Shown piece by piece: positions 54,784 through 64,000 of a stretch of 64,000 nt of DNA. The DNA lies in assembly GCF_009914755.1 (NCBI RefSeq), contig NC_060934.1; one strand, 5' to 3'. The DNA comes from the human T2T-CHM13v2.0 reference genome, Homo sapiens. Each line of letters starts with the position of its first letter. The first letter of the stretch is position 1. The position numbers were made by a program, and so were the translations under genes. The notes under the pieces were generated by a model. The model was not told where the DNA came from. It did no database searches and worked only from the letters and a program-made list of their open reading frames with translations.

Positions 54784-55667
54784 TCAGCACTTAACCCCAA
54801 TCACCACAGCACTTTCACATGGTTACAATTACCAGCGTATAACAATCTTGAAAAAACATTGCTTTAGCTGAAATCTTAGTTTGATTTCACAGAGGCAATT
54901 TGTAACAGGACAATTAAACAATGACATCTGTGCCCTAAAAGTCAAAGCATTGTTTAGTAGTGAAAGCAGTTTGACACAGGTACATACACAATATGCTGTA
55001 TAACTGAAGGCACGTCTTAATTCCTTTCTGCATTAATTTATTTTTTTGTTTTGAGCACTTAACCCAGCAGCACAGTCTGGTGGACGCGCTAGGAGGGTCT
55101 TCTCTTATTGGGAAAGAAGCTTGCATTCCTACCATGGGGGACTCTGTCAAAGGCGAAGAACTCTATCTGATGAATGTATTTACAGAATTATCACTACACA
55201 GACATATAAAGAGTAATGTATATAATCGCTTCAAAATAAGTTCTTACTAGAATCCAATTAAACTAACCTTGCTGGTACCTCTTCTCCCACCTTGCTTTCA
55301 ACTTTCCTTGCCCTTCTATTCCCATCTCAATTTAGAAAGAAAAAAAAAAAAAACACAATAAAGGAAGAATAAATAAGAAAATAATCTTTGGCCTGTGGGG
55401 ATATTTTATCCATCTCTTCTAAGGGATGGACTTTTATGCAGAGAGAGAATCTTTGGCAGTTGCTTATAGAATATGCATGTCTTGAAGACAGTAACTATAT
55501 TTTTCACTTGAAGAGAATAATCATAGATATATGTTGAAGAATAATGTAAAATAATTTCTTGGTGTAACAACTACAACAAATGCTTACATAGCACTAAGAG
55601 TCACATACTTTTCTAAATGCTTTACATATATAGTGCAACCAATGCAAAATTGTGGATTAGCCCTTGA

Positions 55668-56330
<663 letters not shown>

Positions 56331-57794
56331 AGCCAGTTACCTACAGAGGTGAGATGGATGGTGAAATGACCGAGGCTGGCAGGGCAGGACTCTGGTAACT
56401 GAAGAATCCCTGTCTAACAGAAGGCAGACAATGTTCTGAGCCTGCTGGATGTTGACACGGGAGATTTGGGGTCCAGGCTGGATGGATTTTTGCAAAGAAC
56501 TGGAATATGGATTTTTCTGTAAGATGTTCTTCTTGTTGTTGCTTTTAAAATATTGACAGCTAATTCAAAAGTTTTATATAACATTAAGTTAGCCAAATAA
56601 AACACAGGGGCAGCTTGAATTGGACTGGAGTATCACAGTTTGTTGTTGTTTTTTGTTGTTTTTTTCCCCAAATCTCTGGGGTAGGTGCTGGTATTACTAA
56701 GAAAGAAAGCAGGGACAAAAATAACTACATAGGTGTGTTTTTGTTTTCTCTCTGACTTACCCTATTTTCTGGGCCTGAAGGCTTTAGCATATACTTAATT
56801 TAGTATGCATCTGTGTCAGGCACTGTGATAATCACTTCAGTTGCATTAGCAAAGCATGAGCTTAAAAAACCTTCCAACAGAACATCCACTCAATTATTTA
56901 TTGGTTCTGCCAGGAGTCTAGAGCCTAGATAAAAATTTTCCATTATTATCCTTCTATACAGTTTACATCTACATGATTCTCAGGAAAAAATGCATTATGT
57001 GGATATGTGTTTGAGTGTGCTGGAGAGTGGGAAGATCTTAAACAAGTCTTGAGTCTTTATTGAGCAGGAGCTAAATTTAGCAAGAATTTATACCTTCTCA
57101 AAGGTTTGGAGGATTACCAAGATGGTGGACAGGGAGCATTGGGGAATTTAGTGTCTGACTTATTCTGGTTCTTCATAAAAATATGTTTATTAACCGTTAC
57201 TGGAAAAAACATAACTTTACGTTCATTTTCCTTAATGTCCTGTCTCATGTGTTGTAGCAAAAGAATTTAATAATCCAAATGGGAAACTTCCATTACGGCT
57301 TGTGGGAGAGTGTTGAGTATTATTTTGAGAGAAATAGGACTTTTGTTGCGATATAATTACAAAGCAGAAGTGTGACATCTGTATCCATATGACATGAGAA
57401 TTCTCTTGATCAATGATTGAAACGTCTAAACCTGAAATAGTAAGGCAAGTTTTAATTATTTTAAAAGATGACAAGATGATCCTTCTTTGTATTGTATTAT
57501 TTCCAAACAAACTTTTGACATGCCCGAAGGGATAAATACACAGATTTCAGTTTAGGCATTTCATTAGCCAAGCAGGTGATAAACTCACAGTATATATTAC
57601 ATTTTTTTTCACTGTTGGTAGGAAACATTAGTCTTCGGAATAGAAAGATGAAAGCGAAATAAAAATAATGGTAATCAAAAGCACAAGTTAGCAATATACC
57701 TTTTTCACTTTTCTCTGCTTGTTCAATTTTGGATAATTTATTGATCTGTGGCCACCAGGAACACATTGCCTGAGGGCCGCCAGAAGCAATATGG

Positions 57795-57990
57795 AGTGTG
57801 GAAAAGTATTAGGGTTAGGCTAACCTGGGTTTAGACCAGTGATCTGCCATTTTCCAACTGTTTGGTCTTGAGCAAGACATTCAGCAATAAATCATACCAC
57901 CTCACAGGATTGTAGTGAGGGCTGGACATGATGAGTATTCAAGGCTTAAAATATCAGTTGGGATTAATTAATGATAGTCATTCCTATTAT
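57795..57990 (+). mobile_element. MIR
   Basis: gtggaaaag..aacctgggttt..tctgccatt..cttgagcaagac...ctcacaggattgtagtgagg. Confidence 0.65.
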
Positions 57991-60084
57991 TGTTATGATT
58001 ATGATTTAGGGAACGACCCTTCAACACCTTTTTGAAAACTGATGTATTGGATTTGACCAGTGCTCCTGTGAATGACCTCAAAAATTTAAAAATCTTTAAA
58101 AGTCATCTGAAAATCAGAGATATGACTTTTTATCTGTTTTTTATTTTTTTGTGGTTTAATTGTATTTTAATTTTATGCCTTTGGTTTTTATAATTTTGAA
58201 AACTTGAATAACTGTATAAACTATGAGATCAAAATAAGTAGTCTGTATTTAATGAGCATGTTAGTCTGGCTGTAAATAAGTTTAGGAGTGGACACTGAGA
58301 TTAAAATCTCCATTTTACTATTACACAGGTGACTTACAAGAAGATTTCATTGTTGAGGAAACCAACTGGATAAAAAACTTACCTCCTGATGGTTTTGCAA
58401 AGTGAATAAAAATGTTGGTTCACCTCCTATTAGGAAACATTTAAATTGTGATCTCTCTAAATATTTTATCTTCTACATATTTATGGGTGTTTCAATAACT
58501 TTATATGTAACATGATTTCAATAGAATCATGTCAAATATATATGTTTATATTTAAGATTGTTCAAAGGAGGGAAATTTGTTTATGTAGTAAAGAGCTAAC
58601 TGCTAGTTAAAGAAGACATATATCTTTGACATAAATGGTAAGCAGAGCAATAAAGTTCTTATGTACAAAATTGGAAAGTCAATTACAGTGTCAGAATAAT
58701 CTGTTTTAAATAAACAGTAATTATGGAGATACTTCTCTATTTCTACAAATTGGCTTGCATGGATTTCATTTTTTTACCTAATTGTAATTTCTAGATGTAT
58801 GTTACTGATGATATAATCCCATGCTTTACAATGTGTACTAGGTTACCTTTTTTTGCTATTATCATTTGTAAGCAGCATCAGGGTCAAAGTCTGACCCTCA
58901 TTTTGCATAGGTGAATCCCCAGGAAATTTTACTATCCTGAGGGCATCATTTTGTCCTTGAAGCAACATCAAAGTAAATGCACTTTATTATAGCATGAAAG
59001 GTACGTCTTTACACTCCAAAAAAATATGTTCTAAGAATGTCAGTGGTAAAGATGAATTACCTATTCTGAATCTCTGTTCTCTGGAGCCTTTACAACATTT
59101 CAGAAGAACTGAAATGATTATAAATTTGAAATGAGTGATATCAAACTTCTTAATTTTGGCTATCATTACAATCTATTCAGTTGATTATGTGGCAGCCTTG
59201 GTTGATTTATCAGGCAGGAAACCTGAAGAAGAAAACTTTTCTTCTTATTTTAAATAAAATGCATGAATATAGTTTTGAGATACCCAATAGTTGTTTTATT
59301 TTTATTGCTATCCAAACGAGAAAAGTTAATGTGTATGGTCATATTATTATGAACTCACAGATATTAAGTAGATGGCTAGAATAACCATTTAATTTTACTG
59401 GTGAATGTTAAAATGTCTTTCCACCAGGAGTTTTCAGTAATACAAAGAAAGGAAGAAGGAAAGAAGGAAGACAAAAAGGATGAAAAGAAGAAAGGAAGGA
59501 ATAAAGGAGGAAAGATTAGTTTTATTTTAATCATTCAGTCATGTATAATGGATAGAAGCATTTCATTATAAATAAAAACCTCAGTGGGATTAACTAGAAA
59601 TGCATATGAAGGGCCTAAAGAAAGGAAAACGGGGCAACATGTGCAGGTTAAGCTGTTATTGCAAGTAACTTTTCAGCTTTTATAATTTTCAAATAATTTA
59701 TTATTCTCAAATAAATAACTCAGGAAGGCATTTTCCCTGAAATGAACATTTATTCTAAAGCATTATAGTGTATCAAAGAGATCTCATATTTCATGTCAGA
59801 AAATGCTTTCATATAGCATAAATAAGTGTGTGTGTGTGTGTATCAGTGTCATTTATAGTTGAAAGGTATAGTTATTATAGTTATTATATTTTGGATATTT
59901 AATATAAAGATGTTTATGTGTGTGTGTGCACATGTGTGAAATGTTTGTTAGCTGTAGGTAGGTACAGCACTGCTTGTGTGAAAGTCGGGTGAGTAGAAGA
60001 GTCTAAGATACATTTGATTCAGCTTAAGAACTGGTTTAATCCAGCATGTGAAGAACTAACATATGAAAACAAAACAAAAAAATA

Positions 60085-60392
<308 letters not shown>

Positions 60393-60757
60393 GCAGTATA
60401 GGTATTAAAAAAAGAATTAAGTAATGCCAGGAGCAGGGAGGGATAACTATTATAGTAACTGCTAGTTAATAGAAGAGTGAACACAGGGACATTTCCATGA
60501 AGTGACAACCCAGAGAGCATCACTCTTTAGGTATCTGGAGTCTGCCAAGGGTGAGATCCAGATGCACTTAAGGCAAGTCCTACAAAACACAGGCAGAACG
60601 AGGTCTTCATTGTGCTGGAGAGCTGAGAGATGGGATGTCAGATAGGATTTGAAGGAAAGCAGGGGCCTCCCTTGGACGAGAATTGGTGACTTCGGAGAAG
60701 CCAGTCAGGCAGTGAGAGCACTAGGTTGGAAGAGATGAGCTTAGGGGAATAGAATAA

Positions 60758-61130
<373 letters not shown>

Positions 61131-61539
61131 TGAAGTTGGTGTTCACAACACCATTTGTGATGCAGTTGACATCTCACTGCGGAGATGTGGTGCATGAGAA
61201 CTGAGGGGCAAAAATGCATCTCAAAGCCCAAGTATTAAGAGAGTCTTCTGCCTTGCCACCTGGCACCAGCAGAAATGACAAGTGGTTAAAAAAAAAAAAA
61301 AAAAAAAGCCTTTTTCCCAGGCACTGGTTTCTTTTTTTGCAGCAATAACTATTTGGCTAAGCTAAAACGTGTCTCTGGGTACATTAATGTTTCAGCTTAC
61401 ATTCTATGGCTACTGCTTTCCATGGCCCAATTGTGTGATGCTTAGTTTTCTTTATTAGGGTTTAGAAAACCAGTGGGAGAAATCTATGGCTTACAACACC
61501 AATTAATTTTGTTAAAATAATCTTTCAGATGTAAACTGG

Positions 61540-61715
61540 CTTTGCTAGTGAATAACCTTGGTATAATATCTCTGGGCTTTGGATTCTCGTCTGTAAAGTG
61601 GAAATAATATTTACCTTACAGATATATTGTAAGGAATTAATGAGATAAGTAAAGCACCTATCTTAATTTCTGGCATATGGCAAACAGATAATAAATGGTA
61701 GCAACTGTTATTATT
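61540..61715 (+). mobile_element. MIR
   Basis: accttgggt..tctctgggctt..ctcgtctgtaaagtggaaataata..accttacag..ttgtaagga.ttaatgagata..gtaaagcacct..ctggcata. Confidence 0.8.
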
Positions 61716-61902
61716 AAGATTGAGTATATGGTAAGTGGATTGATTTATTCCGTTAGTTAACTGTTTCCCGAAATAAAATTTTTAAATTGGGAATAATAGA
61801 TAAAGTCTACCTGGAATAATAGATAAAGTTTATCCAGAACCTTCTCTATAACAGAACATCATTCTATTCTGGATTTCACAATTTTTTAAAAGATCAAAAA
61901 GG

Positions 61903-63674
61903 TTTAATTAGATCCCATTTGTCTATTTTGGCTTTTGTTGCCATTGCTTTTGGTGTTTTAGTCCTGAAGTCCTTGCCCATGCCTATGTCCTGAATGTTAT
62001 TGCCTAGGTTTTCTCCTAGGGTTTTTATGGTTTTATGTCTAATATTTAAGTCTTTAATCCATCTTGAATTAATTTTTGAATAAGATGTAAGGAAGGGATC
62101 CAGTTTCAGCTTTCTACATATGGCTAGCCAGTTTTCCCAGCACCATTTATTAAATAGGGAATCCTTTCCCCATTTCTTGCTTTTGTCAGGTTTGTCAAAG
62201 ATTAGATGGTTGTAGATGTGTGGTATTATTTCTGAGGCCTCTGTTCTGTTCCACTGGTCTATATATCTGTTTTGGTACCAGTACCATGTTGTTTTGGTTA
62301 CTGTAGCCTTGTAGTATAGTTTGAAGTCAGGTAGCATCATGCCTCCAGCTCTGTTCTTTATGCTTAGGATTGTCTTGGAAATGTGGCCTCTTTTTTGGTT
62401 CCATACGTACTTTAAAGTAGTTTTTTCTAATTCTGTGAATAAAGTCATTGGTAGCTTGATGGGGATGGCATTGAATCTATGAATTACCTTGGGCAGTATG
62501 GCCATTTTCATGATATTGGTTTTTTCTATCCATGAGCATGGAATGTTCTTCCATTTGTTTGTGTCCTCTTTTATTTCACTGAGCAGTGGTGTGTAGTTTT
62601 CCTTGAAGAGGTCCTTCACATCTCTTGTAAGTTGGATTCCTAGGTATTTTATTCTCTTTGTAGCAATTATGAACTAAAGAGCTTCTGCATGGCAAAAGAA
62701 ACTACCATCAGAGTGAACAGGCAACCTACAGAATAAGAGAAAACTCCCAATCTACCCATCTGACAAGGAGCTAATAATATCCAGAATCTACAAAGAACTT
62801 AAACAAATTTACAAGAAAAAAACAACCCCAGCAAAAAGTGGGCAAAGGATATGAATAGACACTTCACAAAAGAAGACATTTATGCAGCCAACAGACACAT
62901 GAAAAAATGCTCATCATCACTGGTCATCAGAGAAATGCAAATCAAAACCACAATGAGATACCGTCTCATGCCAGTTAGAATGGCGATCATTAAAAAGTCA
63001 GGAAACAACAGGTTCTGGATATGGAGGATGTGGAGAAATAGGAACACTTTTACACTGTTGGTGGGACTGTAAACTAGTTCAACCATTGTGGAAGACAGTG
63101 TGGCAATTCCTCAAGGATCTAGAACTAGAAATACCATTTGACACAGCAATCCCATTACTGGGTATATACCCAAAGGATTATAAATCATGCTGCCATAAAG
63201 ACACATGCACACGTATGTTTATTGCAGCACTATTCACAATAGCAAAGACTTGGAACCAACCCAAATGTCCATCAATGATTGCCTGGATTAAGAAAATGTG
63301 GCATATATATACAATGGAATACTACGCAGCCATAAGAAAGGATAAGTTCATGTCCTCTGTAGGAACATGGATGAAGCTGGAAACCATCATTCTCAGCAAA
63401 CTATCACAAGGACAGAAAACCAAACACCGCATGTTCTTACTCATAGGTGGGAACTGAATAATGAGAATACTTGGACACAGGGCGGGGAACATCACACACT
63501 GGGGCCTGTCGGGGGCTGGGGGCCTGGGGGAGGGATAGCATTAGGAGAAATACCTAATGTAAATGACGAGTTGGTGAGTGCAGCAAACCAAAATAGCACA
63601 TGTAGACCTATGTAACAAACCTGCACGTTGTACACATGTACCCTAAAGCTTAAAGTGTGTGTATATATATATAT
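61903..63674 (+). mobile_element. L1PA5-like 5'-truncated insertion with 5' inversion (61903-62673 antisense, 62672-63674 sense)
   Basis: ORF2 peptide KDLFKENY...KIDKWDLIK on minus continues as CTAAAGAGCTTCTGC on plus; TSD AAAAGATCAAAAAGG (61888-61902) / AAAAGATAAAAAAGG (63675-63689); TTTTTT/AAAA endonuclease site. Confidence 0.96.
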
Positions 63675-64000
63675 AAAAGATAAAAAAGGAATACTTTACA
63701 GAGCAGGAAATACATTGTACTGATGATGTTCATGGTTGTCTATTTATAAATTATGCATGATTACAGAAGGACAACATGAAAGTATATGAAGAACATGACA
63801 GATTTTAATAAATTAAAAATGAAATTTGGAAACTATTTTGTAAAAAGAGACAAAAAAAACTTTCCAGGAGCATAAAGTAGGATCCTTATTGCAATTGAAA
63901 ATTAAATTCACTTCAAATGTTCTTAGTATCTAAAGGAAAAAAATATATACTGATGGAGCAACTCTTCTGAAAAATAACTCAACATTATGGTTATTTTGTG

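Noticed and set aside
61790-61829. GGAATAATAGATAAAGT repeated at a 23-bp period (similar small duplication at ~36996-37055)
   Set aside because: Ordinary slippage micro-duplications; no further structure
61894-63457. 241-aa and 123-aa ORFs
   Set aside because: Fragments of L1 ORF2p in a truncated, inverted copy; not a host gene and not retrotransposition-competent

Overview
This is AT-rich, CpG-depleted primate (almost certainly human) intronic or intergenic DNA. I recognise no host protein-coding exon, RNA gene or CpG-island promoter, and I cannot name the locus. Much of the window is interspersed repeats: about 21 Alu/FLAM copies, L1 fragments (including a ~4.8 kb old L1M), MIR and L2 relics, MaLR/ERVL LTRs (THE1, MSTA, MLT1, LTR16/33-like), DNA-transposon MITEs (two MADE1, MER5A, MER103-like) and microsatellites. 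The long ORFs in the track come from low-complexity, Alu or decayed L1 sequence. I find no evidence of a new multi-gene system. The most notable observations are structural: (1) a 463-bp almost pure pyrimidine (CTTT/CTT/CCT) tract grown from an AluSp tail; (2) three twin-primed 5'-inverted L1s, one with an Alu whose target-site duplication (TSD) spans the inversion junction; (3) an apparently 5'-inverted Alu; (4) a 100-bp dispersed direct repeat that looks like a templated insertion; (5) nested insertions with readable TSDs; (6) a perfect 40-bp tandem duplication; and (7) a few candidate non-coding exons and regulatory patches. Subfamily calls are from remembered consensus features and should be confirmed with RepeatMasker/Dfam.
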